A stretch of DNA of 64,000 nucleotides from Podarcis bocagei. Lineage: Eukaryota. The position numbers were made by a program, and so were the translations under genes. Below the pieces are notes generated by a model that worked only from the letters and a program-made list of their open reading frames with translations, was not told the origin of the DNA and searched no databases. Numbering within the stretch: position 1 is the first letter of the stretch; each line of letters begins with the position of its first letter. Below are positions 37,269 to 51,776 of the stretch, piece after piece. Location: NCBI GenBank assembly GCA_964188305.1, contig OZ076885.1, one strand, 5' to 3'.

Positions 37269-37456
37269 ACATCAGTTTGTTAATATGCTGGACTGAGGCT
37301 TCAGAAACATGAGAGGTTCCAGCAACAGGGATGTGTGCACAGGGATGTGCATTTTCTAGAAACAGACCTAGTTAGCAAGCTATGCCTCCACACGGCCTTA
37401 TTGCTGGAATCTCTCATGTTTCTGAAGCCTCAGACCAGCATACTGACAAATGATGT
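37269..37456. repeat. Long inverted repeat (arms about 55-60 bp, spacer about 65 bp)
   Basis: TATGCTGGACTGAGGCTTCAGAAACATGAGAGGTTCCAGCAA versus TTGCTGGAATCTCTCATGTTTCTGAAGCCTCAGACCAGCATA. Confidence 0.9.
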
Positions 37457-37613
37457 TGCCTTACGTTAAGAATACATGTATCCATGTCATGCTAGGAAGG
37501 GCCTACCATACTCCAGTTTGTTCCTATGATCCTACTTAAGTGGCTATTCCTTCCTGAGTTGTCTGTTTCTGGTGCGCAGAACAAGAACCCAGGCGCAATG
37601 CTCCAGTGAAGGG

Positions 37614-37619
37614 TTTATT
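37614..37619 (-). terminator. Candidate SLC4A3 poly(A) signal (3' UTR about 2.3 kb)
   Basis: AATAAA on the minus strand followed by GU-rich GGGTTCTTGTTCTG. Confidence 0.6.
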
Positions 37620-39867
37620 GGTGCATATCCATTTCTATTACATTCAGAGGAGTCGTAATGCACAGGCAGAGTACCAGGGACTTTGCCCCCAACAGTTCAA
37701 GTTTCCTAATCCTGGCTATGCAGGGCACAATGGAGGTCACTGTCTATGGGTGGGGCAGGCTGGCAGCCAGCTGGGAATGAGTAGAGGAAAACATTTGGCC
37801 TCATAACTACCCAGCCATCAGCAGGCAGCCCCTGAGGTAGGTGGGGAGGGACAGCCTCCATTTTATAGACAGGGAACAAGCAATGGCCCGGAGTAGTTCC
37901 ATGAGCCAAACTCTTAAGCCACAGCTGGCACATTTGCACACCCCATTATTCCATATACGTAATCTAACAGAACAGATTTAGCTACAGGACATCACAGTGT
38001 AGAGTCCCCATGTGATGGCCCAGTGGGAGAGCAGCTCTTCGAAACCTTGCACTGATGGTGTTTGTGCATGTGCTCAACCGCATGGAACACACCACCTGTG
38101 CAGTGCCCAGGACTAGATACATGACATTCACCAATGAAGTACAAGGGAGCACAGTATTCTGTTTCTAAAAATCAGATTTGGTGACTGAAACAAATGTATA
38201 TTTCTGTGAAATTTAGTCCTATCACAAAAATCTGAATTTTCTTTATATGGCAGTTGAAGGGAAATATGAAAATAGCAGGGTTTAAGAGTACAAGAAGGCA
38301 GCTGATGATGGTGCTGGGGGAGTGGTTGTGAGGGACTGAGGAGGAGCCAGGAATGGGAGGCCACCAACTTGGAAATGTCAAGGGATGAAGAGAAGCCCCA
38401 AGTGCTACAGACGGCTCATACAGCTCATATTGTGGCTCAATGCCACAGTGGCAGAGTACCTCAGCCCTCCTCGAAGCCATCCCCATTCCAGTTGCCAAGG
38501 CCAGGCTAGGGGGTGGCCTCCTGGAGACTTGGATCTGGTAGTGAATCTTGCTCAAGCTGGGGCCACTACAAGGCAAGAACAAGGTGAGAAATGCAATAGC
38601 TGTGCGGAGGATGGAGAATAGAGCAGGAGCTGTGAGGAAGAGGCTACAGCAAGAAACAAGATGAAGCTGGAAATACTGAAGGAGGAGTTGTAGTCTGAAG
38701 CACAAAGTCTAGTATAATAGGTAAGAGGTTCTGTTATGTGATGAGGCAAATACCAAAGGCCAAGGTGCCAGTGTTTGTACCTGGTGTGGCTTTTTGCTGC
38801 TTGCCTATTACACTGATGTTGGGAGTTCCTGTTTTCCACTGGGCCTGAAGAGGGCAGTGAGCCACAAGAGTGGTGTCAAATCTGTGTGATGATTTCCTGA
38901 CCGAGAGATGATCATAGTCTTCATTCAATCATTAGGTTAGCTGTTTCCTGGTCTCCAGGTTATGTTGGCAAGTTTTACCTGCACTTCCTTTTCTTGTCTG
39001 AGGGGTGGAGATCTACTTCACAAATCACTGTCTACTCTTTGGGCAACCTTTACGGCTGTCCTGAGAGATGGCGAGAACAGGCACAGCACTGTGCACAAGG
39101 AGACACATGTGCACATGTATATTGCACAAGTACCTGCATTATACTTGAGAGCAAATCAGGGTGCATAAGGCCCTTGCTAACTTACCCAGCAGTTTACTGG
39201 CTTCAGCAATCATCACTGCCATTCCTCAAATGGAAGAGGTTCAGAGTCTTCTGTGGGCAGGAAATCTTAGCTAAGGACATCATTCAGAATGGCAGGTGGA
39301 CCACAGGCTGTTGAATGTTCATGGGCACAGTCATGGGACTGAATGGCAATGGTTCAGCATGGAGAGACCAGTTGGTGCATGTGAAATCTCCCACCCCAGG
39401 AATCTGTTGGCTCTGCCTGAATGCTATCAGGCTTGGCATTTCTGGCAGGACCTAGCTGCTCTTTTCCTTTGCTGGCCTGCTGCTTTTCTCCCCTTAGCAA
39501 AACAGTGCAGTCTACTTCTCTTCTTAGGGGAGGAGGCTAATGAGAGCTGGCTAAGGTACCTACTCTGGCCTACGCATGGCACAGCACCAACACCAGCAAG
39601 CTCTGCTTGGGGGAAATGCGGGGTGGTGGTGCTGGCCCCATACTCTCTGTGTGTCCAGAAGGCAGCATCTCTTGTGCTGCTTGGCCCAAGCTTCCTTTGT
39701 GGCCTGGAGCTTCCTTGAAGGGCTATGACACAGCTGCCAGTTGGTCCAGGCCCACAATCATTTCAAAGCCACTTCAGGTTGGTGGTTGTTCAAGGAAAGC
39801 ACAAGGAAAGAAGGCTTATCCCATGAAGCCAAGGGAGTGCCAGGGCCAGTAGACACATGCCAACTTC

Positions 39868-39945
39868 TCACACAGGCATGTGAAGCTCATTGTACTCATC
39901 CTGCCCATCTTCATCAAAGTTTGGTTCTGCATCCTCGGAATCCAG
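39868..39945 (-). CDS. SLC4A3: SLC4A3 last coding exon ([25 protein letters not shown])
   Basis: ttgcag acceptor, TGA at 39868-39870, AE3 C-terminus. Confidence 0.97.
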   Translation of the reverse strand: MDSEDAEPNFDEDGQDEYNELHMPV

Positions 39946-42900
39946 CTGCAAGTGGGAGGAAAGGACAGAAGAAAAGAGTTAAGCAGCCATTCAAATACAA
40001 GGTGGCACAAGTCCATCTCTTTTTAAGAGCAGAGACCTCAGAGCACAATGAGTCTACAGGCAGGTTTGGGTGGTCTCTGGGAGAATTCACAATGTGCGCC
40101 CCCCCAAGCTGGTTCTCCAAATCTGATGCATACACTTTAGACCAATGGCTGAATAAGGACTGGGACTCCCATAACAGTTTAAGACATCAGGCAATGGCGT
40201 TTGCTTACCGCTTTGAGTTCTCTCTCATGGAAGAAACGTGGCAGCAGGAATCGTCGCAGGGGGACTGTCATGATCAGGACAAATGGGAAAGCCAGCGATG
40301 CCACAGTGGATTTCACCACCCACAGCAGCACGATGCAGGCTAGCTGGATGCATGTGAACAGGTTCATTCTCCAGGTCTTCACCTAAAGGTAAGCCAGCCA
40401 GATGATGCACCCTTCTTTGGGCAGCTCTATTTTTTAGCACTTGACAAAGTGCCAGACCTTCAGTGTAATACTCCATTCCCTTCTATGGAAAGCTGTGCTT
40501 GGTACCACTCAGTGAGTGGTTTGCTCCCCATGCCAGTCAAGCCAGCCACTGCATGCCTTTCCCCTGTCCTTCCCCATCTTTATTTTCAGGCCCATCTCAA
40601 CTTGCCACCCACTGAACTTGCCACCCCTTTCACCACTCCCCACTCCCCCAGCGCACCTACCTTGACAACATAGACATGATCAGGATGGTGCTTGGATGGC
40701 ATGAAGATAAGGAGGAGCCGCTCATAGAGCTGAATGCCAGTCAGTGACGTCACACCCATATATAGGAAAATCCCAAACAGCACAGCCAATGGGATCTGGC
40801 GTAGTACATTCCCCATCACGATGGACAGGCCTGAAGAGCAGGATACAGTGTTGCATTCTCTTTCTACACACAGGTACACCCATACTTCACGATCAGAACA
40901 TGGGGCAATGCCTGACATTGACACACATGTACACCCCTGGATATATATTGAATGGGCCTGATGCTTTAATATAGAGACACAGAACTATGGTTAGAAAGAA
41001 CAAGGAGATTTGCAGGCTCACTGTTTTACTGTATGTGTCCACTAGTTTCATGGAGCCATGTTCCCACATGCTCCACCCCACCACCACCACAGTATGCCAC
41101 AAGTAGAGAGTGTCACTACACCACAGGGAAATGAATGCCTGCATAACAAATTCAGGTTGCTCAAATGAGCTAAGATGCACACAACCACCTCAGAGAACAA
41201 GCTCCTCTGTGTGGACCTCACCAACAAGGCCAGCGATGAGCACTCCTGTCACACGCTGCTCCTTCACTTCCTCAATCTTTGGCTTCTCACCAGGTGCAAT
41301 GGCCTTGCTCATGACTGTGAGGGCGTTGACATGGGTGACTGAGCGGACCGTGGCAGCTGTGAGCCAAGGCAGCCCAAAAAGGGCACAGAGCCCTCCCATT
41401 GTACCAATGAGCAGCAAATCAAGGTGGAAGCCGGATCCCTTTATCAACTTCCGCTCCTTCTTGCTGACAATCAGGCTGCAAAGGAGATAGGAAGGGAGGG
41501 GAGCAGAACAAACATGAGTTTCAGTGACCAACGTAACAGATTTTAGCTGTAGCAAGGGGAGTAGTGGCACACAGTATTTTGAATTTATTGTTATTAGTTT
41601 TTGCAGCAGCTCTTTCTAATTGGGAGACTTGGAAGAATCAAAGCATGTGGTCAGCAAAGGGAGCATACAAGACAAATAACATGCATCACACTATAGAAAA
41701 GACCTCCTGGGAGCTATGGAAACAGTAGACAGCAAGGACAAATGAAGTTAGGAGCCTGCTGTCACATCCCCTCAGAAGGGGTCACTCTGTCTGTCCCCTT
41801 GATTCTGACTTCTCTTCCCACCCAACACCAATGCCAATTATTTAATTTTACTTAGCATTTCTACAGGGTGATAGGTACAGAATGAGCTGGCCCCCAGTGT
41901 GGAGGCCTGGCACTTACGTGGTGATCTGGGTTTCCATAAAGATAAGGATGAAGACCAGAAGTGCAGGGATGGCAGAAGCAAACATCATCCACATGGGAAA
42001 CACCTGGTTGCTTCCTAAGGGATGGATGAACCAGCCACGCTTGTTGGGGGTTGTGACTGACAGTACTGAGGGAACATTCAGCTTCTGTGGTGACAACATA
42101 GAGGAAAAGACATCAGTCTTGTTTTCTGCATGGAATAGATATCATAATCAACAAGAACTTTATTACCCACCCTTCACCAGCAGGTCCCAGTTCCATTAGG
42201 AATGCCACAGAAAGCTTGGAATGTGCTGTTCTATTTTGGCATCTATGTCAAAATCATGTTAATTGGACATGCCTGTACTGGCGTATGGGTGTATGTCTTA
42301 ATGGGTCTCAGATGCATTCACTGAGCTTGCTCAATTCCCATAGCTGCTGTGGTACACCTGTGCACTGTCTGCAGTGGGCTCTGCTTCTCTATATGTATAT
42401 AATGATGGGTTGTGCAGTCACACAGGGGAAATGTGGCGGGGATGCAGAACATCCGCATTGCTTTGTAATACAGTGGTACCTCGGGTTAAGAACTTAATTC
42501 GTTCTGGAGGTCTGTTCTTAACCTGAATCTGTTCTTAACCTGAGGCACCACTTTAGCTAATGGGGCCTCCCACTGCTGCCCTGCCGCCACCGCATGATTT
42601 CTGTTCTCATCCTGAAGCAAAGTTCTTAACCTGAAGCACTATTTCTGGGTTAGCCGAGTCTGTAACCTGAAGCGTCTGTAACCTGAAGCATCTGTAACCC
42701 GAGGTACCACTGTATCCCACTTCCCTTGCTCCATTTCTAGTTTAGAACACTGATCAGGGATCACAGAAGTTTTCACATGACAGATTTTGCATCTTTTCTT
42801 GGTGGTCCTCAACAAAGACTGACGGTCCTAAACACAGCCCCATTTTGAAGTTACTGCAGATTAGAAGGAATCCCAGCCTAACATGATAAAACTACCAGTT

Positions 42901-45900
42901 GTAGATAGCAATTCTAAACTACAGCTTGTATGCACACTAAAGGCATGTATGCCTCTCTCAGCACAGCCACCACAGCCAACCTGAACACCCTAGGCCAATA
43001 TAGCATCTGACACTATTCGGAAGCCCAGCCAGACATGCATTCTGTCCTTAAGTGACTATACATTCCACAGACAATCCCGCTAGAGGTAACAGGGACACAT
43101 TCAACAGTGTAACTCACGGAATGGCCTGAACTGGATTTGTTTCCTGTTTAGAAGTCTTGCTTTCATGTGAAATTTACACAGATGCTGGCACCCACATAAA
43201 CAATGGAAGTCTCAGATTAAAGTCCAAACTCTTTGAAAAACACATGTCCCTCATACCCACTGGGTGGTGAAGAGTTGGAACAGGCAGTACCTACCTGGGT
43301 ATATGTATCAGTGATGGTATAGTCCACCAGAACCATGACAAGGATAGAGATAGGGATTCCAAAATCTCCAATGATTCGTCGGGCCTACAGACCAAGCACA
43401 GGAGATGAAAGTAAGCACAGGGCATGCTGGAGATGTTGCTGGGTGCTGAGTCCAAAAGACCCTATCTGGTCTTTCATCCACTGAAGAATTTCTCACCATA
43501 TGACTCTGCCTGAAAATGCTTTGTGATGAGGTTTGGTATAGTAGAATAAAGTTCCTAAAGGTGATGCTAAGATGTCTGACCCTTCTCTCCACCACTACAC
43601 TGCCAATCCCTGGCCACCTTATATGTCAATCATATGGGGATGCCAGCCAGATTCAAAATGGTATCTTGATAACATTTGGGCATGCCCCAGAGCAGCCTTC
43701 CCCAACTTGGTGCCCTCCATATGCTTTGGGCTAGAACTACCAACATAATTTACTATTAGCCATGGAGCCCAAGGCTGGTAAGAGTTGGAGTCCAAAACAT
43801 CTGAAGAGCACTTTGTTGAGGAAAGGTACCCTGTGGAGTGCCCAGCTGAGCCTCTGCATTTCTGTGGTTGAACTTCAGCATCCTGGGGGAAGTAATGTAC
43901 CTTTGGCCTCCGTGGTATTGACTAGAGCCAGGCTCTCTTCATAAAAAGCTATGCATGGAAGGGGATCAGAACAATATCTCCACCTATTATTGCTCTTAGT
44001 ACAGGGGGGGGGAACCCTGCTTCAGTGAACATGTAGAATGGAAAGGCTAGATGTCTGTATGGGGAAATGCCACCACACTTCTTGCTATTTAGGCCTTAGC
44101 CTCACCTTTCCTCCTAGGAAACGGCTGTTCTTAAACTTGCGCATGAAGAAGGCAATGAAGAAGGTTCCCAACATGAGGATGAGGGACAGCAGGGCAGTGT
44201 TTGGCTGCATCTGAGCGTCAAGAGCCATGGAATCAGGAGGCAATGTGCTGCCATTTAGATCTCTTGGAAGATTTGGCGGGTAGAACCTCAGTAGTGGGTG
44301 CTCTGTAAATACCTGGGAATATAGTGACAGAAAAGAGGACACTTACAGACAGCCATGAAAGACGGAAGAGTTGTTCATCTTCCTACTCAAGGGTGGTGTG
44401 TGAGAAGTCATCAATAACCCACAGTTTGTCTCATAATGCTGGCACAGAGTTGATACCAGCAGGCCAGCCAGGCAGATCCAGCTCCAAAGCTCACCTTGTA
44501 AAGTTTGTAGAATGTTTCATAAATAAAGATGAGGGAGATAAGGAAGGCAAAGATCTCCTGGGTAAAGGGGGAGATGTATCGCACCAGGAAGCTGCCCTCA
44601 GCGGCCACAATGATGAAAATGAAGACAATAAGCCAGAGGCCAATCCATACCCGGCCTGTCAGATACTCGATGCCCTGGCTCTGGCAGAACTGCCAAAAAA
44701 AGAAACAGAGGTGACAGAAATAAGAGAACTGGCTTGAGCATGTTTCCCTTCCATTCTTTGCACCTTGGCTCATTTTGAAGAGCAAGTCTGCACAACATGT
44801 GGCCTGCTAAACTTTGCAGACTGTTATGTATTTGACAAGCTCACTGTGTTTGCAGTCCCAGGAGGGCAATACAAATAGAGTTTTAGCGCAGCCCCTCTGG
44901 GAAGTATGCAAGCCTGCAGTTGAGGCATTATAAACCCCTCCTGGTTTGATGGAGGAGAGGTGCCAAACAACCCAGCAAGAAATGGAAATCATCAGGCTTC
45001 ATCCTCTGTTCAGTTACATGGTCATCAGCATCCAGTGTCTTGAGCTACCAAAACATTACCAGGCTATTTTGAGGCACATTTGAGTATTATCTACTGTACT
45101 GCATACCCATCACCAAACACTTTTGAAATTTGTGCTCAAGTCTTGCCCCACCATAATTGCCAAACCCTCTTGAAGTAACTCAGGGACACTCTGTGGGCAA
45201 ATTCCTATGCAAGCAAAGATCAGAAATGCCCAAAGCAACAGAAATAGCAGCAGTGTTGGCCAATAACTACTCTTTCAGCCCACCATGAAACATTGAGGCA
45301 GTTGGGCCTCCTTGGTTAAAGCAATGCATGCATCCTGTATCATTAAACTGAGAGCACATGCTCCTACCCTGTGCAGTGGCGCTTTCTGGTATGGGCATAG
45401 CATTTCCTCAACAAGGATAATGTAGGCATATTGTTTAATAAACCAAATAGCCCTATTCACAGGCTGCAGAAGATTATTGTGATGATTTGAGAGGGTGCAG
45501 AAGATGATGGGGATTATTTGAGAGGAGTCACCTTTCAGCATGGAGTCAATTCCAGCCTCGAAGTCACTAAATTATGTTATTACCTAAGCAGTGTGGGATG
45601 AATATGTAAGCAGGAAATAAATCCATTTGTGTACAGCGACTCCCATGTAGATGGGAACACAAACCTCTCATTTTCAGGTGATTCCACTGAGGTAGTTAAA
45701 ACCCCATCCATATAGGTGAAAATAAGTTAACAAAAATAGTTTCTCACACAGTTCTGCCCCCATGTCATTTGGAATTTTGGTGACACCCTCACCACTCAAG
45801 TAATGTGTGAATTAGGCCAGATTTAAGCCTTCTAGTGTCCTATATGGGCACTTCATAAGCAGTGCACAGCAGCTTGCAGTATGTGGGACATCTGCATGTG

Positions 45901-48630
45901 AAAGTGGCAATGTAGAACCAAGGAAGACACCAGTTTACAGATACCTTGTAAAAAGCTTCTTCAAAGACCAGCAGAGGCCCTGAGAAGCCAATGACAAGGA
46001 GAGGCTGGGCACTCAGCAGAGAAAAGAGCATGCCCAGCACTGAGGTGGAGATGATCAACTCCGAAACGCCCATGAGACCTTCTGTCTTCTCACCTGTAGA
46101 GAAAGAGCAATGTCTCTGGGACAAACTGCAGAGTGGCAGACAGAAACATGTGCCCAGCTCCCCCTGGTGGGTGGGGCTCACCACAGGAGAAAACTCATAG
46201 CCTTTTCTCTCAATTGCCACTGCCAACGAGTCCCTCCATGCACAGATACGCTACTGTTGAATAATTTTGTAGAACAGGTAGGCCAAGGAACCTCAACATG
46301 AGCAAATTCCCTCATATTAAATTCTAAGAGATAATTTCCATCACAGAATGCATTCCTGTACAGAAATACACCCTTGTTAGAGAGTCCAGCAAGTGATGGG
46401 AGATATATTCTAGCTGCAGAGATTTTGAATCCTCTGCTTATTTCAGTTACCTTCTTGGAAGTGTTTGCACTGGGTCCCTACCCATAAACATGGGGGGAAA
46501 GGAACAGAGTTTTCTGAAGAGTAAGTGTCCTAGGGAGAATGGTACCCACCCTGTTGGAGCAGGGTAAACTGATGTCTGGATCTACCTCTAATATGAGAGA
46601 AAAGTGCAGAATGTAAGTCAGTGGATATATGACTCTGTTACAGTTATTATTATTTTTATATTATATGACATCTTTAAAAAATCATTTATTTCTTTACATT
46701 TATATCCCACCTTTCTTCCATAATGGAACTTAAGGCAAGATACATAGGATTCGCAAGCAGAGTCCCCCATCCAGGAACTGATCAAAGTCAGACCTACTTT
46801 GCTTTAGCAATATTGTTGCATCAAGTGCTTAAGAAGTAATAAATACATTGGTGGCCATGAACACGTATAGAAGAATGGATTATGGGTAATTGGGCTTAAA
46901 ATACCCTCAATCTGTTCAATAACAAAGGGACAATTCTTCTCACCATTAAACAAATTCTTTCTCCTAACCCCAGATGGTTAAGGGCTAGTGCCTGTGCACT
47001 GTTTTTTGCTTTCAGGGATATGAGCACAATGTCCACATGCAAGCCTTGGCCCCCAGCATTTTGGTAGGTTACAGGAGGCCATTTTGATCCTTACTGATGT
47101 TTCTCTGCAGAGATTTGTTGAGACCTTCTCCTGTCCTACACTGGCCTCTGCCCATCCAATTTAGGACTCTGGGTTGCGTGCAAATTAGCAATATTGGGGA
47201 GTGACTATTAAGAGTAGTAAAATGCTTTTATTGTTACCATAGAGAACAGGAAAGGAACATGCATAGACTGGAAAGCCCCAGAGCCAGGCAAGAGTGCAAT
47301 GGGACAGAGCCAAACCCATCTGAACATAGCAAGAGCCAACTGAGCCCACCCACTTGCCAGCAAGGGCACAGGCACAGGCACAGATGAACCAGTCCCAGCC
47401 ACTTAGCCAGTATAAGCACAGGCAAAAATTAAACTAATGTGCTCAATCTCTTGGGCAGCCTAGCTGAACAGGAACCAGCTTGAGCAAGGAAGTAGGGTAG
47501 GGAAGGGGAGGGGAGGAAGGAAGAGGAGGGTGGACTCATTACCTAGCAGTCCCCCAAAGGTGATGGCGGGGGAGAGAGCAGCGAAGTAGATGAATAGCAC
47601 AGCTGCGAGGCACTGGCTGTGCAGGGCATCTTTGAGGTCACTCAGATACTTGGGGTACCTGCGCTTTATGTCCCGCACCAAACCACCAAAGACAATGCCA
47701 GTGCGCTTCAAAGGGTCATCCTCCTCCTCGCCTTCTTCCTCCTCCTCAGCTTTTACCTCACAGATCTCTGGAAAGACAGGAACAGAATGGTGGGGGTGAG
47801 GGGAAGGGAGAGAGAAGTAGACGCAAGATACCTTCACACCCAGTGCCAGCCTCCAGCATCCCTAGACAGGGCGGACACAGGTTCCTCATCCCTGCCTACT
47901 CCAACTTTCAGAAAGTTCCCCCTCCCTCAGCATCAACAAAATTGTGCTGTGTCTCTTTTGAGCTGATGCAGAGGCAAGACATGGACTGTGCTAATCCTTC
48001 CTCACCCACCCTACCCAGGCCATGAAGCAGAATGGCAAGGTACAAAAGGCAAGGAGAGAAGAGACCTTTGGCTTCCTGAACATTCCCTTCTTTGATGGAC
48101 TTCTTCTGGTCCCGCTCTTTCCTTTTCCTCAGCAGCTCTTTCTGGAAGGTGGCAATTGACTTGAGCAAATCCTTCCCCTCCACTTCTGATGGAGGGATGA
48201 CAATGCTACAGTCAAGGAACTCATTGATGGCATTGAGCAGGTCCTGGCGGTCATCTGCCATGTAAGCGGCTTCATGGAAATGCTGTCAGCCAACAAGGGA
48301 AGATGGTCAGTCAGGCAGAGAGCAGCCCATCACTTATCCTCTGTCCTCCAGTATAACATTGCCTGGTGATGCTGTCTCAGACCTAAGACGAGCTCATCAA
48401 TCTACTTTCAAAGCCAATATTATCTCAGTGTCATCATAGGACCCTGTAACTCTCTTCTCAGTTCAGATTGACAGCTGTATTAATTCAGTGCCATCGCAAC
48501 AGCATATGCTCCACCTATCCCTGTTCATTTGATTCCTGTCCTGGCATATCACCATCACTATTTTGCCTTTTGGGGGAGATTGTTGGGGTGCTATATATAT
48601 ATATATATATTGGGGGAGATTGTTGGGGTG

Positions 48631-48670
<40 letters not shown>

Positions 48671-48982
48671 TAAAGGGACCCCTGACCGTTGGGTCCAGTC
48701 GCGGATGACTCTGGGGTTGCGGCCCTCATCTCATTTTACTGGCCGAGGGAGCTGGCATACGGCTTCCGGGTCATGTGGCCAGCATGACTAAGCCGCTTCT
48801 GGCGAACCAGAGCAGTGCACGGAAACGCCGTTTACCTTCCCGCCGGAGCTGTACCTATTTATCTACTTGTACTTCATGCTTTTAAGCTGCTAGGTTGGCA
48901 GGAGCAGGGACTGAGCAATGGGAGCTCACCCCGTCACGGGGATTCAACCGCCAACCTTCTGCTCGGCAAGCCCACCCGCATC

Positions 48983-49037
<55 letters not shown>

Positions 49038-51744
49038 TGTTACTGTGAGCATGAGCTCACTAAATCTAATGAAATTTTTATTCAGTGGATATCCATGTAT
49101 TTTTTTCTTGGTTGTCTATGCACAAAAGTATACAATTTCCCTTCTATTCTCTCAATAACAGTTTATCCAAGTGTGAAATATTGTTGAATGTGTTTGACTT
49201 GCATCTATTCCATCCTATGAACAGTGGGATGCACTGTAAGATTAAAAATTGCAATACTGTAACGTGATTTTTTTAAGGAAGATGCTATGGTCAGTTTGCT
49301 AGCATACCTTCTTCAGAAGCCAATTCAGGACAGAGTATTTCAAAGCAAATAAAAACAACTTATAGCAAGTGGGGAAGAGCCTTCAGAAAAATGTTTGATA
49401 CTTAGAGGAGTGTGTTTGGACAGCATGGTGAAGGAATGCACCAGTTGAGCTATTTGGGGCATCTGAAAGGGCATGTCCACCCAACACATTCCTCTTCCCT
49501 GGGTTCTATGTTTTAATGTGCATCAGAAGTCCTTCCAAGGGAGCATTTCTTCCTCTGTGCAGACTGCACAGCCCATGCATATTTACAGTTCCCCACATCC
49601 CCCATGCTGGCAAGTCAGGGGTCGTGTGGGCATGCATAAATCATTAGCAGAGTATTCAACCAAAGGAGGAAAATGGCTGGAGGCAAAGGGAAGAGGGTTC
49701 ATACACAGAGCAGTCTGTGGTGCAGAAATACTGGATCAATTGGCTGACAAAGGTGGTGCCAGAGGGGCGCAAACATCCCCTGCCTCCCAACCTGCCCCTG
49801 CTGCTTCCCTGCCCTCCCTGTCCTCCAGAAAACTACTCAATCAGAGCAAATAGCAATTCGGGTGTTTTCCTGATTGACATTTGCTCCAGTTTAGCACTAA
49901 AGAGTGGGTTTTCCATGGGAAAGGAGCATAACAAGCAGAAAACCACTCAGACCTGTGCTTTTTAGGCATGGAACAAGTCTACAAACCCTTCCTGACTTGT
50001 GCTCCCTTGGCATTGTGCTGCGTCTTCATGATGTTCCCTTTCTAATGCATCTTTCAGCACCTTTGCTGCTACTCTTCTCGTGTTTTCTCCAGCCTGAACC
50101 AACACTCAGCTCCTCACCTTGTCTGACATGAGAGTGGAGATGGAACGTCCGATCTCATGGTAGTCCATGTTGGACTGGCTTGGCCCCAGCAAGACAAAGA
50201 TGAAGCGAACAGGGATTGGGACTTCCAGGACTGACTCCAAGAACACAGCCTCATTCAAACGGACAAAAGCCATTGTTGGTTGCTCAAGGAACTGAACACA
50301 ACCTATCAGGAAGGGAAGCATAAGACCATGATGATCAGTGTGGAAGCAAAAAGCTTCTGAGATCAGGAAGCATGCTCCAGGTTTAGGGAGACTTGGCAAA
50401 ATGACACATATGAACACACTTAGGGCATGTCCACACTTCCCCTTGTCCCGTGCTTTCTAGGCATGGTTGCAAGTGGTTTTGCATTTGCCCCACAGCTTTC
50501 CCCTGGAAAATATGCTTTTTATGGCTGAACTGGAACAAACAGCAGTCTGCAGAAAACCCAATTTCCTTTTGGTCCAATTCAGAGGTAAGCTGTGGGTTTT
50601 CCCAGGAGAAAGTGGTGGGGCAAACAGAGATGTGGATGAGCCCTTAGCTGCAAGTACCACCTGGCAGTGCCCTCTCTACAATACCTGCTAACAGTGGGCA
50701 GTGTGAGTAACACAGGATGCAACATCTGAGTATGCAGAGTTTGAGGTTACTGCCCCATTCCCTATTTTTGCAGAAGTGGGGAAGACTGCAACTGAAAAAT
50801 GACATCTCCATTAATGAGGTGATCTTGATCTAATTCTGAAGCCACCTCAACAAAGCCAAGGGCCAAATTCAGAAGCTTCTCTGGAGTTTCCTCCATCCAT
50901 ACCACAGCTAAGCAGAACCTACTAGAGAATTGTCTTTTCACTATCAAGAACCTCTGACTGACCTAGAAATTCTGAGCAGGTTTACAAGCAATCCTATACT
51001 TGAGTTGCTGTAACTGAGGGGCTATAGGACCTGACAGAAGCTCGATTATACTGGCAAAATGCAAAAGATGCTGCTGTCGTGACAAGCACAGCAGCAGAAC
51101 ACTTCAAATATGCTGGCCAATACATTTTTTTGCCTTTGCCAAGACAGTTTTTAGCCAGGCATATGAAAGGTGAGTGGAGCCATATTACTTCTCCTACCCC
51201 ATGGTGGGGTTTGAACCCCTCCCCACTTGGGCTGAGAGAGTATAGGTTAAGATGGCTGCTCCACCAGTGTAGCAGCAGCACCGAACCCCTGAACTCCCCA
51301 TGAGACAATGCCTGCAAAAAGAAGAATGTTACTGTTGTTAAAACCACAGGTCTCCTGATGAGACCTGCTCAAGGCCTCAGTACTAGATTTTGGCTCAGGA
51401 CTCCTTACCAACAAGCACTACAGTAGCCTCTGCATCATCGGGAATCTTCTCCATCAGCTTGAGATATTTGTGACGATGTCCCTCAGAGCTGTGAAGGTGC
51501 ATGTTTTTCTGTCTCAACAACAAAGGTTCTCATTAGCCAGGGCTGCCTATGAAAACATTTACTCCCCACAGTGTTGGAGCGCCACTTGGCTCTCTAAATG
51601 AAAGGGCCATAAAAAGACAGGCTACATTCTGGTTGCTGAAGTCCAATAGTTTTCCTGCTGCTCTCTGTGATTCTAAATGCTCATTTAAGGCAAATTCAGA
51701 AATTGATTGTTTTGGCATACGTATGCTATAACATTCATTCACTC

Positions 51745-51776
<32 letters not shown>

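Noticed and set aside
39741-40343. 200-aa plus-strand ORF and other ORFs antisense to SLC4A3 exons
   Set aside because: Antisense shadows of coding exons with no independent gene signals.
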